Shown here one piece after another: positions 1 through 10,386 of a stretch of 54,615 nt of DNA (the first letter of the stretch is position 1; each line of letters starts with the position of its first letter). Made by a program: the position numbers and the translations under genes. Below the pieces are notes generated by a model that was given only the letters and a program-made list of their open reading frames with translations, was not told where the DNA came from and did no database searches. Source of the DNA: Bilabrum cf. latius (taxonomy: Eukaryota); assembly GCA_965178125.1 (NCBI GenBank), contig CBCXTV010000007.1, forward strand, positions 1 through 54,615, given 5' to 3'.

Positions 1-164
1 GATTCTTTGGGAACTGAGATTGAATGTCATAGCAACTATGAACGCTAAACTGGCAACTTTCCTAATCTCGAAATGACGACGGCGACAGGCTCATTTCGTC
101 ATTTCAGCATTGCGCGGATAACAATGGCAGAAATCTCATGGCGCAAATATATCGAATGGGACCA

Positions 165-505
165 CGGGCGGGCGGACTGGCACGCGAACAGGCAGGCGGT
201 AGGACGTGCAGGCGGGCAAATGGGCGGGCGTACGGGCGGGCGAGCGGACGAACGGGCGGGCGGGCAGACGGACGGCCGGGCGGGCGGATGCGCGGGCGGG
301 CACGCTGGCGCGCACACGAGCGAGCGGACGGGTGCGCGGGCGGGCGAACGGACGGGCGGGCGGACGGGCGGGCGGGCGAAGGCGGACGGGCGAACGGACG
401 GGCGCGCGGGCAGGGACGGGCCGGACGCGCGCCGGCGGCCGCGCGGGCGCGGCGAACGCGCAAACGAGCGCGGGCGGCCGAGCGGGCGCGGTCGGGCGGG
501 CGCGA
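165..505 (+). repeat. Degenerate (GGGC)n tract 1 (also ~14843-15185, ~29525-29865, ~44214-44555)
   Basis: Visible gggc/ggac tetramer repeats. Confidence 0.95.
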
Positions 506-881
506 GCGAGTGGGGCGAGAACCCCATGACGAACCCACAGCACGCAATTTCAAACGTCGACCGCACGCCTCGCAAGCAAGCTGTTACGACTGTCACCGCG
601 AAGACGGACCTATACACACAGTAAAACAACCACAACCGAGATCCATCCCTGCATTCCCTGTACATCCGCAGAGACGAACACACTATCGAGACGGAACGTG
701 CCACACGCACAGGACAGCGGGATGGGTAGCAGACTCCTGATCCCGTTCTGCCCGACCCGTAGGGCAGTGGGATGAGTAAGGACTCGGGTTCCATTCAGCC
801 CTGCATGTGGATGGAGCGACAACATATTGCTGAAAGACATGACTGCAATGTTGTTCATTGCATGCGAAAGGCATATTGTCG

Positions 882-2536
882 TCACTCCATCCACAACGGG
901 TCTTTGACCCACACGTATGTCTGGTTGCCAAGAATCCACGCGCGGTCCTCGGCGGACAACGCTTGGAGAGCCGTGTCCCAATGATTCGATGTGCACACCA
1001 TGCGTGTTCGATGAGTGAAAATTTCATACTCGTAGCAGTTCGTGGACGAACTTGCAAGCTGTACGCGGGCCGTCGACGCCTGAAAAAGCTTCCGCTCCGC
1101 ACAACGACCGCGGGACTGACCTCGTCGAACAAGATCAATCCGTCCCGTTCCAGTCAAAATCTTTTAGTGACGGCAACGTCTGGCCCGAACAATTCACTTC
1201 GAACACACGCATGCCTTCGGGCTGTAACGTCCGCGCGAAGGACGTTTTTCCGGTGCACGTTGGACCGTCCAACACTAGGAAGCGGTAACGCTGCATCAAA
1301 ACGCCGTACTGACGGAGCCAACCTTCGCAGACTCCTCCACGTGCGACGTTGCAACGCGAAGTGCGCATCAACCGCGCGGCGGTACGCTTCCACGCGCTCG
1401 CGCGCGCGCGCCCGGTCCATGAGACCAAGGTCGGATAGATACCGAGTCGCACCAATGCCCACGCGCTCAAGAAGCGAACGCGCCGACTCCGTCGACAACT
1501 TTTCGCTCTGGGCCAGCTGCATGACCCACAGCGCGTGCACGGGGTAATCGCGGAACGGCTGCCGGTCGGAATCAGTCCACAGATGACCGACTTTCTCGAC
1601 ACAGCAGTAAAAGTATGGAAGCCACTCGCCGACACCGTTGCGCGACCGGCCCTCGAAACGTTCGGGAGGTCGCACGTGCGGGGAAACGCCACGAAACGAC
1701 GTTGCCCCGTGACTGAGCACGCGAAGGAAACCGGGCACCGCACCTCGGAGAAAGCACACGTGAAAATGCACTTGAGCGCTCCGCTCTCGGTGAAAGGTCT
1801 GCGGACATATCTCCGCACAGATGGCCCGGTGCGTTGCTCCGATGAACTCCCCAAGCGCGTGCGCATAGAACACAAACTCGTGCCAGAGACGCACAACGTC
1901 GGCACGACGCATAAGCAAAAGCGCAGCGTCGTCAACGCACGCGCACGCACGCACCTCCGCATCCGCAAAAAGCCATTCTGCGGAAATGAAGGTCAGAAAA
2001 GTCCTACGACGCGCGCCACATGACTCCTTGTGAGGCATCAGGAGATCGGCGACTGGATCGCGGTCTATGTTGGCCGCCGTCAGGTACAACTGCGACACGG
2101 CCTTCTTCGCTTCCAAAGACAATGAAGCGAACTTGACACGAAATTCACGGAAAGACTTCGCACTCGTCATAGGGACGGCCCCTGCACCGCCACAGGCATC
2201 TCCAAACCTCTCTGGACGGCTCGCCATAGAAACAGACGTGTCCGACCGCTCACAAAAGTCCCGACGCTGCCTGATGGTCCGGTCCTGCATGCTCTGCACC
2301 GTCGGAATATCGCCCAAGGACGCCGCTAAAACCTTCCACTGGGCAAAAGGCTCCTGAGCGGAACTATCAGTTGAGACAGCAGCTCCAGAAGAAGAAGACG
2401 ACGTGGACGGAGTTTGCGCGACGTCGATATATGACGACGCCAGAACACCCTTCGCAGACATACGCCGGCGCTTCAACTTGGGCGACGACGCGACAGCCAC
2501 GTCATCCGACGACGGCGCGGATGACGATACATTCAT
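882..2536 (-). pseudogene. rep: CRESS-like Rep, copy 1, frameshifted in the helicase half (real or sequencing error)
   Basis: HUH part lies in ORF 1154..2728, Walker A in ORF 1135..1968 and motif C in ORF 882..1157. Relative to copies 3/4 there is a 7-nt deletion near 1327 and 1-nt deletions near 1150 and 1100. Confidence 0.8.
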
Positions 2537-2758
2537 CGTCACAGGGACAAGGGAAACACAATGAATGCGAGGGACACACGACACTAGGCCAAACAGCATG
2601 GGATTCCGACACCGTGCACAAGAACTCGAGCAACAACGCATCTGACCATGCCACACCATTCGACTTCTGCCGGGACCGTCGCAGTCCGTCACACGACCCT
2701 GCTCGGATGCCCCTGACAGCCGCCGCAAACGCCTCTGTGGGAACTAGGATATCCGCCA

Positions 2759-2867
2759 CAAGACCCGGGCACGCGTGCCCGAGGGGACCCTTCGGTCCCG
2801 CAAGAGAGACGGGGTCCCACCATGTCCTGACGTTTCATGAACGCCGCAAGACCCGGGCCCGGGTCTT
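2759..2867. promoter_or_regulatory. Palindrome cluster just upstream of rep
   Basis: 16-bp palindrome 2766-2781, hairpin gggacc/ggtccc 2784-2799, 20-bp palindrome 2848-2867, and direct repeat caagacccgggc at 2759 and 2847. Confidence 0.45.
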
Positions 2868-3301
2868 CTGTCCCACATGACACCTTCCACCATCATTGAC
2901 GTCCCACCTATCTGCCCCCTCCCACCATGACATCCCAATCATCCACCAATTACCCGCGTTAACCCGCCACACACCACCTGGGGTTGCATCCTTATCCCAA
3001 CACGTACCCACCCTTCTCTCTAAGAGTGCTTCTTTTCCCGAATGCCTTTGTCTCTCATGGTCAAAATCCGTGTGCAGCATACAACACATATGACTCCCCC
3101 TCGAACTCGTGGGACACCACGTTCCGGAACACAACTCCTCCACCAACACATGCATAACACTGCCGCCTAGTTTGCGCGGGAACCCTTGCAATGAGGTGAA
3201 GTGACGCAGGCGAAATCCAGAAAGGCCTTGTGGCGACCCCTCTTTTCGCGTCTTTTTGGCCCCCAAAGGGGGTGCCACGGCCCCCTTTTTTTACTCGGCA
3301 A

Positions 3302-3359
3302 AAAGCGGTGTCACCATTCTCGGCCCTTAAAAATATTAATATGGCGGCGGCACCGCTTT
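3302..3359. promoter_or_regulatory. Candidate rolling-circle origin: stem-loop with AT-rich loop (also 17995-18052, 32672-32729, 47362-47419)
   Basis: Arms aaagcggtg/caccgcttt enclose AAATATTAA (3331-3339), which fits the CRESS consensus NANTANTAN. It lies upstream of rep with GGTGTC-like repeats nearby. Confidence 0.4.
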
Positions 3360-3732
3360 GGGGACACCATGGTTTTTTTCGAGCAAAATGGCCTGTTTTC
3401 CTTGTAAACCCCTAAAAAACACAGGACGGCGGTGGCACCGCATTTTTTCGAGTGAAATGGCCTTCCCTTTGAGAACTGATTTTCGAAAAAAAAACTCCCT
3501 CTTTGATGGTTTCTGTGCTTTTATTCTTGGTCAATCGTGGTGTTTAAACTGTATGTTGAGAACTTTTTGCCGTATTTCGAGTTCACTTTGGGCATTGAAG
3601 ACTGACATTTTGTAGTTTTCCGCTTCTATGTTGGTTCTTTTTTCTGCGTCAGTTCGTGTGCGGTGTGTTTCGACTGATGGGAATGTGCGTGCTTCCTGCT
3701 GACAATACGGGTGCTCTCCGAGCGGCGCCCGT

Positions 3733-4224
3733 TCAACCCTTCTTGGCTTTTGCCTTCGCTGTACGGGCCCTGACAGCCGTCGCGGAGACTGCGTCTCCGG
3801 AGGAACCGGGTCGCGCCTGCGGAGGATTCTGTCGCATCTGCAGCACTGCGACGAGATCCTCGTCGTTCAACTGACGCGCCTTGCGCTTCAGTCTCGCCTT
3901 TCTTCTCTCTGCGTTTTTGAGGTTCTTCGCGACCTCCTTCTTCAGGTCGCGCGCTCTGTTTTTCTCCGCTCTCATGCGGTCGATGTACTCGAGCAAAGTC
4001 TCAGCGCTCTCTACCATTGCCGGAGGCTTTGGTCGGTCCGATGCCTCCGATTTTGCCGGCGCTGCTTCTACCTCTTGCGCTTCTGCTGTGACCATTACAG
4101 CTTCTTCGCCTTTGTCGATGACGGCATCGACGGACGTGGTCCCAGGCGCACCCCCCGGGGATCGCGGTGGCGAGACGGTTCCGTGATCGCTGTCGGCGTC
4201 GCTGGTGGCGTCCTGGGTCGCCAT
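3733..4224 (-). CDS. 163-aa hypothetical protein with acidic low-complexity N-terminus and basic coiled-coil C-terminus
   Basis: GCCATGG start; protein-like helical segment RAEKNRARDLKKEVAKNLKNAERRKARLKRKARQL; open in all four copies. Confidence 0.75.
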   Translation of the reverse strand: MATQDATSDADSDHGTVSPPRSPGGAPGTTSVDAVIDKGEEAVMVTAEAQEVEAAPAKSEASDRPKPPAMVESAETLLEYIDRMRAEKNRARDLKKEVAKNLKNAERRKARLKRKARQLNDEDLVAVLQMRQNPPQARPGSSGDAVSATAVRARTAKAKAKKG

Positions 4225-6007
4225 GGCGCCGGTGTGCTGGGCTTTGGGACTAACTCGGCTGACGCTGTCGCGGCCGCCGCGCGTCGGGTGGCAATAGGGG
4301 AACGCTCAGCCCGACGTCGGTATGTCATGCGATGCGCGCGTGGAATGTTATGCATTCGCGGGCCATGCAGCAGAGTTGCGAAAACAGCATCGATGTCGAC
4401 AATGCTACGATCCGGGAAGACACTTTGTAAATCATGGAACGATGGCCACTCATGCACATCCTCGGGCACTGTTTGCCACTGCAGTAAGCTGAGAACGCGT
4501 TTTGACACACCTACTTGCGAGCCGTCAAGCCCATTGCTGTGGAATGCTTGATCCCACGTGCGTCGCCGTATGACACGTTCGAATGCCGTCAGCACGGCGT
4601 GGAAAAGCGCATGTGGCCATCGCTCGCGCGGCAGCGCGCGCGCGATGCGGAGCTGATATTCATGTTCTATGGCGCGCTTGTAAATTGCGAAGACGTGCGT
4701 GTCGCAAGGCTGGAGCGCCCACGTCATTTTCGCGGGGATTAAATGGTAGTGGAAATTGAGTCGAGATGCCGTATGCCACACGGCGCGACCCAGGTGAGCT
4801 CGATACGTGTCCGCGCTAACAGTAAAATGATGCGTGTCTCGGAATGCATGGACGGCATCCGCGAGCACGCGCAGCGCGCGACACATTAATTTGGTGGTCA
4901 TCCACCCCTTTGCGCCTCGCAAGAGAAGCACATTCGGAGGGAGCGCGAGGCGGAGCGCGTCAAATTGCTCGCGACTCACAATGCGGTCTGAGAAGAGGAA
5001 TATGGTCGGCAAGTGCGGTTGGATGTCGCTGTTGTTGGCGATGCAGACGATTTGTGTGATCATGCTCCGCATCTCACGTTTCGGGGTCGGTTGACGCAAG
5101 CCTCCCGCTGCGCGAACTCGGCGTCGGGCCTCTTCCACAAGAAAACCTGCCTGTGAAACTGCCGTCAGCCGGATGCTCGTTTCGTCCATGTTCACGTGGA
5201 CCGGGCACTTGTCCGGCGGCGCGAAGGCCCGCAAGAAGTTGCACCATTTCCACACCGCACGTGCCTCGAAATTCGTTTGGGTCGGCTTTTTGCTCAAATT
5301 TGGGGGGCGTTTTCCGGGTCCAGAGTGTATTTGTTCTATATGTGAGGACCCCGAAACCAGGGCCGCTATATGGCCCCGTTTTGGGTTTCCTTCGTGAAAC
5401 GTCGGACGTGTTTTTGCCACTGTCCGGTGGCCTTTAGGCGTCGTCGATCCACACATTCTGCATCGAGTCGAGGCACGGCTCCGAGCGACACCTGCCAGCG
5501 TCGCCGCCAGCGTCGGCACCACTGTCGGATGCTTTGTCTTCTTCTAGATGCCTCGGGTCCTGCTCCTGCGGATCGGTACCCGTGAGCCTGCGTAATCTCG
5601 AGAAAAACGTTCGTCGTCGGCGCGAGTGTATTGGCGAAGTTCTGCTCGTGAACCCACCTGTGCAGATTATGTTCTCGCAAGAACCGCGATGTCATCGTGG
5701 CAGCTTGTAGACGCTCTGGCGTCCATGGACGTTGTTGCTCTCGGAGCACACCGTCTTCCGTAAGAGTAGCGTGCCATGCACGAAGATTTGCGATCGCGTC
5801 GTCAAGAGTCGGAACCGGTGCATTCCGCCACTTCTGACGCAGATAAGCTTCTGCGGTGACGACGTCGACGATGACCGCCAAAAAGCGGGCGTGCCCCTCC
5901 AGTTGTGCTATGCGAGCTGTTTGCCGCCGGTGTTGCTCTCTGGCACGACGAACTGCTTGCTGAAGCGTCCGCATCGCGTTCGCGAGCGACGCGATTGTCG
6001 CTTCCAT
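4095..6007 (-). CDS. pogo/Tigger-family (DDE_1) DD35D transposase; two exons (6007-5432, 5264-4095), ~581 aa predicted
   Basis: Catalytic motifs VNMDETS, KGWMT, SADTYRAH and LIPAKMTWALQPCD, with 35 residues between D2 and D3. The upstream ORF ends in a CENP-B-HTH-like WCRRWRRRW. A phase-0 AAG|GC…GAG|G intron (5431-5265) joins RRRLK to ARAVWKW in frame. Start context GCCATGG. Confidence 0.88.
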
Positions 6008-6434
6008 GGCCCGAGTATGGTGGTACGATTCGATCGTACACAGCGAAGGAGGATGTGTCTCGAGTCGAGAGCAATGCGGGGCGAGCCACTGATGGGAAGT
6101 TTCATGTCAAGGCCCATTTCCGACAGTGCGCTCGATCCTGAGCCCCCTTTCGAACATGCGCCCGTGCATTGGTGCATGGTATCGGTGTGTCGCGTGCACT
6201 TTTGTGCTGTCGTTGCTCGGCCGGTCGTTCGTGTGCAAATGTCCGCGCGCCCCTGCCGTGCGCGGTAGACTTGCGGGTGATTTCACTTTCCCGGAATTGA
6301 TTGCCGGAGCGATTATGCCTGATCGATTCTGCGAGCATGCTGAGATGGAAATGAAGACGGCGACGGGCTCGTTTCATCATTTCGATATGGTGGAGATGGG
6401 CACAACGAAACTGTCGTTTCGCCAACGTCACCAG

Positions 6435-6792
6435 TGGGCGGGCGGGCGGGCAAGCGGGTGGGCTGGCGGGCGGTCGGGCGTGCGGGCGGGCGGGCGTGCG
6501 GGCGGGCGGGCGGGCGGGTGGGCGGGCGGGCGGGCGGGCGGGCGCGCGGGCGGGCGGGCGGGCGGGCGGGCGGGCGGGCGCTCGGGTGGGCGGGCGGGCG
6601 CCCGGACGGGCGGGCGGTCGCCTGCGCGGGCGGGCGGGCGGACGAGCGGGCGGACGGGCGGGCGGGTGGGCGGGCGCGGGCGGGCGGGCGGGCGGGCCCT
6701 TGCGGGTGGGCGGTCGGACGCTGGTGGGCGGGCGGGCCGGCGTGCGCGGGCGCGCGGGCGCTGGCGGGCGGGCGGGCGGGTCCGGGCGGGCG
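6435..6792 (+). repeat. (GGGC)n tract 2, the purest (also ~21129-21487, ~35810-36172, ~50498-50847)
   Basis: Long runs of gggc; repeat number varies between copies. Confidence 0.97.
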
Positions 6793-7019
6793 AGCACGTT
6801 TACCGCCAAACATAAGGAACCCTTGATTGCGCAACGGAGATACTGACGACATGAGACCACTTTATACGCGGGACGGCTGAAGGCTCGTTTCCCGGCTGAA
6901 GATGGAGCCGTGATGGTTTCTTCCTCGGCTGAAAATCTCGAAAGCATGTGCATTGACTTACAAGCCTTGGCATCCCAGATCGTGTCACACCTTACACACG
7001 ACCCACACGGTTCCGGATG

Positions 7020-8480
7020 CGCCCTGGGGTGGTCGGGGCTGCGGGACGGGAGACCGGTGGGAGGGAGTGAGAAGTATGTGGATGGGGGGTGGCTTGGTCG
7101 TGCGCGTGGGTGTGTCGGGGCGGGTGGGTGGGGATGAACGTGGTGGGACGAGGAAAGGGTTAGGACGGATGGTCGGGCGTGTGGTTGCCTGTGGATGATG
7201 TCGGAGCGCGTCACTTGCGCTCGATCCAAGTCGGTTTCGCGCGCCTGAGTTGCGTAGCCGTGCTGGCGACGCACCGTCCGGTGAGAGCTTGTTCCGTCCT
7301 CGCGCCTTGTTGCCGTCGACGGCTGCCTCGGCGGCAAAGGTGCCGGCCGGCGACTCCAGTGCGCGTGCAACCCGTTCGCGTTCCGCAGTCGTGGTCCAAT
7401 GCCGTCACTCGCAGCGTATCGGAGCGCGACCTCAATATGCTAGCGTGCTTGTCGCGAGCTCGCACACACACATTCGCTGGCCGTGTCATGGTTTGCGCAG
7501 CATGGTCGGCTGTTACGCAAATCGGTTCTTTGTGCGGTCTTCGTCGCACTGACATGACAACGAATGCACCCTGACTACTTGCGGTTCTCGACATAACCCG
7601 ACAGTATTCATGCTGCGACCGGAACATGCGAGACCTAAAAATAACCGACAAGCCGGATGATTGTGGAGCGCCGGGTTCGGTTCTCGTGCGGTCGCTTATC
7701 CTATAGTGGTATGGAAGATTTGAGCGTTTTGCATCACCGGGCTTTTCCCGTGCCTGGTGCAAATCGGCTGCTCGAAACGACTCTGGGCTGGCGGTGGGGA
7801 GGCCCGGATAGTGGCGGGATGATGCTGGTGGGGGGGGGTGTCGATGGAGTGTGCGTGGGGTCAGTCGGGGCGGGAGGCGGGGCTGGTGATGGTAAGGGGG
7901 GGAGATGGTGGAGCGGACAAATCGCGCGGATGGTCACCTGCACAAAATGTCGGAACGCATGAGATGTGACTGGTCCATTACGCGTTCGCATTCCCATGTT
8001 ATCTAGGTCTGCTGATTGCGCAGCATCATGCGGGACAAGAGTCTCTCTGAAGGCCTCGCCGTCGTCGACGGTTGTCACTGCGGCAGCGGCACCGGCTGCC
8101 GGCTCCAGCGCGCGTACGCCACGTTCGCGTCCAGCGGCTGCCGCTGGATGCTGTTCCGCGCGGCGTACACGAAGTCAGCCTTTGTATGCTAGCGTGCTAC
8201 CCGGCAACCCTCACACGTGCGCACGCGTTCGCATCGTGCGGACACGGTTGGCCGCAAGATAGTCCGGCCTTCGTCGAGCCACTGTTGCTTCGACATGAAA
8301 ACGATGCCATTTTGGAGTGTGGCGCGGACTGGCGTGACGTCATTGTCGAATGCTATCATCGCAACACTCATGTGCCGAAATTGTTTTGATAGGTTCCTGA
8401 ATTGTGGAGTCCCCTGTTTCGCCTCCGTCGGGTTGCGCACCCAGTAGCGGTACCCGAAGCTCTGGCCGATCTGTCTCAAA
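7020..8480. repeat. Old internal tandem duplication (~750-bp period) of the 3' end of the GT-like gene
   Basis: tatgctagcgtgct at 7436 and 8185. Aligned translations: YAARNSIQRQPLDANVAYARWSRQPVPLP vs YAASDGIGPRLRNANGLHAHWSRRPAPLP, and YRYWVRNPT vs YHYRISDRT (YHYWIRDPT in copy 4). Confidence 0.8.
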
Positions 8481-10177
8481 CGGCGCTGCTCGCGCTTGGT
8501 GCGCGGCGCCCCTGACGAGTCGGCACCGGCGGTTTCGACGGTGGGATCGGCGGCAGAAGGCTCGTTCCGACCCGACCGTCCGCCGCCTTTTCCCTTGCGG
8601 CCGCGGCCTTTCGTCGTGGACGACTGCGCCTCGCCTGTGATGTGATGGACGCCCGCCCTCCCCCCGTTTTTTTTCAGCGCTATAGCACGGACGTTTCAAC
8701 TCCTTAGCCCCAAAAGAAAAAGGAAAATCGGCCACCTTCGTCGCGCGTCGGCGGCCGCAGCGCCCGCGGATCGGCGAACCAAGCGTCCGCGTCCGCTGGG
8801 CCTACGGCCCACGCTGGCATGGGCTCCGGGAACGCCCAATGGCTGAGCCATCGGTGCGCGGCCGGCGTAGGCGCGTCGGCCAGCGTCGCGAGACGTTGGC
8901 ACTTGCCCTTCTTCTCGAAGCTCGCGAGGAACTTCTGCCGTTCGCGGGGGTCTTGACTGCGGCGCGTTCCTGGGCACACCCAACGTTCTGTCCACGCGGA
9001 CGGGCGCACCCAACCTGGTCCATGTGCAGTGTCGCAATGGGACACATGCTCCACGCAGGCGCCGATTCCGGGCACGACGTAGCACGCTCGGGCCGCTCGG
9101 CCCTTGGTTCCAAGGAACCATTTCAAGTCCAGGTCCCAGTGCCCTCGGGTTCCCCCGAGTTCATCGGGTTTCTTCATGGACTCCATCATCGTCGTCGCGC
9201 CGCTCTTCGTCACCATGATGAACTGCGATCCGAAGCCAAACTGTGCCTCATCGCGCACGTTCTGTCCCGGCTGGCCGCACGCCCACCCGCTCCAAACGAT
9301 ATCACCGCAGCTCGCACGATGCGCTTGCGTTGCTATGGCGCACACATCTTCTAGAACTTGTGGGCACGCGATGTGGCGTTCCGTCGGCCGCAACTGGATC
9401 GCGACGAAGTGGCCCGCCTTCGATATGGGTGCGACAACTTCGAGAAATGGAAAGAAGATGCGTACTCATGCACGTGCACGTCGCGTCAGTTCGTCGGCGA
9501 CTGTGCGATCATCACAGGTGGCGAAAGGCTCATGCCTGTCCTTTCTTCACGCTATCATGCCTACTGACCCTTCCCCCTTCAAAAAATACGTGCTCATCCG
9601 CCTGTTTCAGCCGTCGGTCCGGCTGCGGTTGCTGAGCCACCGCAGGGGGCTGGAGGCTCCTGCCTGCGTCGCGCATCGCCTGCAGCTCCAGCGCCACGCT
9701 TCCGCGTGGTCTCGGCGCCGGCGCCGCGTCCGGCTCGAAGCGAAAATCCTCTTCGAAGCACAAAAAGAGGACGTCATCGGGCCAGCGCTCGTCGAGCGCC
9801 AGCGGGATGAAGTAGTCCTGAGCATACGACATGGGGTCACTGGCATGTACTATTGCGCGTATACGCCACCGCTGGCACGACTGTTGTCGGCGACAATGGC
9901 ACATCACGTCAAATGCTGATACCAAACACGATCCACACTGTGATGACTCCATGCTTTCCTAATGCGTGCTACCATCCTCCCACCAGCTTCGCACTGTCGT
10001 CGACCGATCGCATCCTGGTTGCAACGCGGTCGTCCGCGCGATGCAAACCAGTGGTTGCAGCGGCAGTAGCTTCTCCGCCAGGTATGTCCCGGCGTCGTTT
10101 GGGTCGGCGCCGAAGTGCGTCACAATCAGCGCCTGGAATAAGAAATGGTCCGATTGCTCAAAAAGCCAATGAGACAT
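8075..10177 (-). CDS. Multi-exon gene, possibly GT-A/GT25-like glycosyltransferase; predicted exons 9817-9602, 9417-8736, 8634-8423, 8179-8075; 5' exon(s) uncertain
   Basis: Phase-compatible AG|GC or AG|GT donors and AG|G acceptors link separate ORF pieces. Motifs FLCFEEDFRF, GDIVWSGW, GSQFIMVTKSGA and HWDLDL resemble the order of GT25 motifs (judged by eye). Confidence 0.5.
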
Positions 10178-10386
10178 GTGACGAGCTTATGCACGGGACG
10201 GCGGTAGGCTCGTTTCCCGGCATGTAACGGGGCGGCAAGGGCTCGTTCCCCGGTTCACAATTGCGAAAGTTCGTGCATTGACCGACATGTCCTGTCCCGT
10301 GAAATCACGCCACACATCACAGCTCCTCGAAATGGCGTAAGACCCAATGCTCGGCACAAAAGAATGCGTGTCATGTTACGACTGCT

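Noticed and set aside
73-794. Many overlapping Arg/Gly/Ala/Pro-rich ORFs here and at ~6100-6850, ~12950-13440 and their copies
   Set aside because: They are translations of stop-free (GGGC)n tracts in all six frames, and the frames differ between copies.
846-864. Hairpin tgcaatg/cattgca just downstream of the rep stop as a Rho-independent terminator
   Set aside because: There is no U-tract and the context appears eukaryotic.
5265-5522. N-terminal ~86 aa of the 475-aa ORF as real transposase sequence, or programmed frameshifting between the two ORFs
   Set aside because: A phase-compatible GC-AG intron explains the frame change more simply, and the ORF start is not an ATG.
8093-8108. cggctgccggctccag matches the hairpin loop core
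   Set aside because: It has no closing complementary stem, so it was not counted.
8160-8440. Spliced NPTEADFVY resembles the exostosin/GT47 DPxxAxxF motif
   Set aside because: It sits ~30 aa from the C-terminus with no following domain; too short to support a call.
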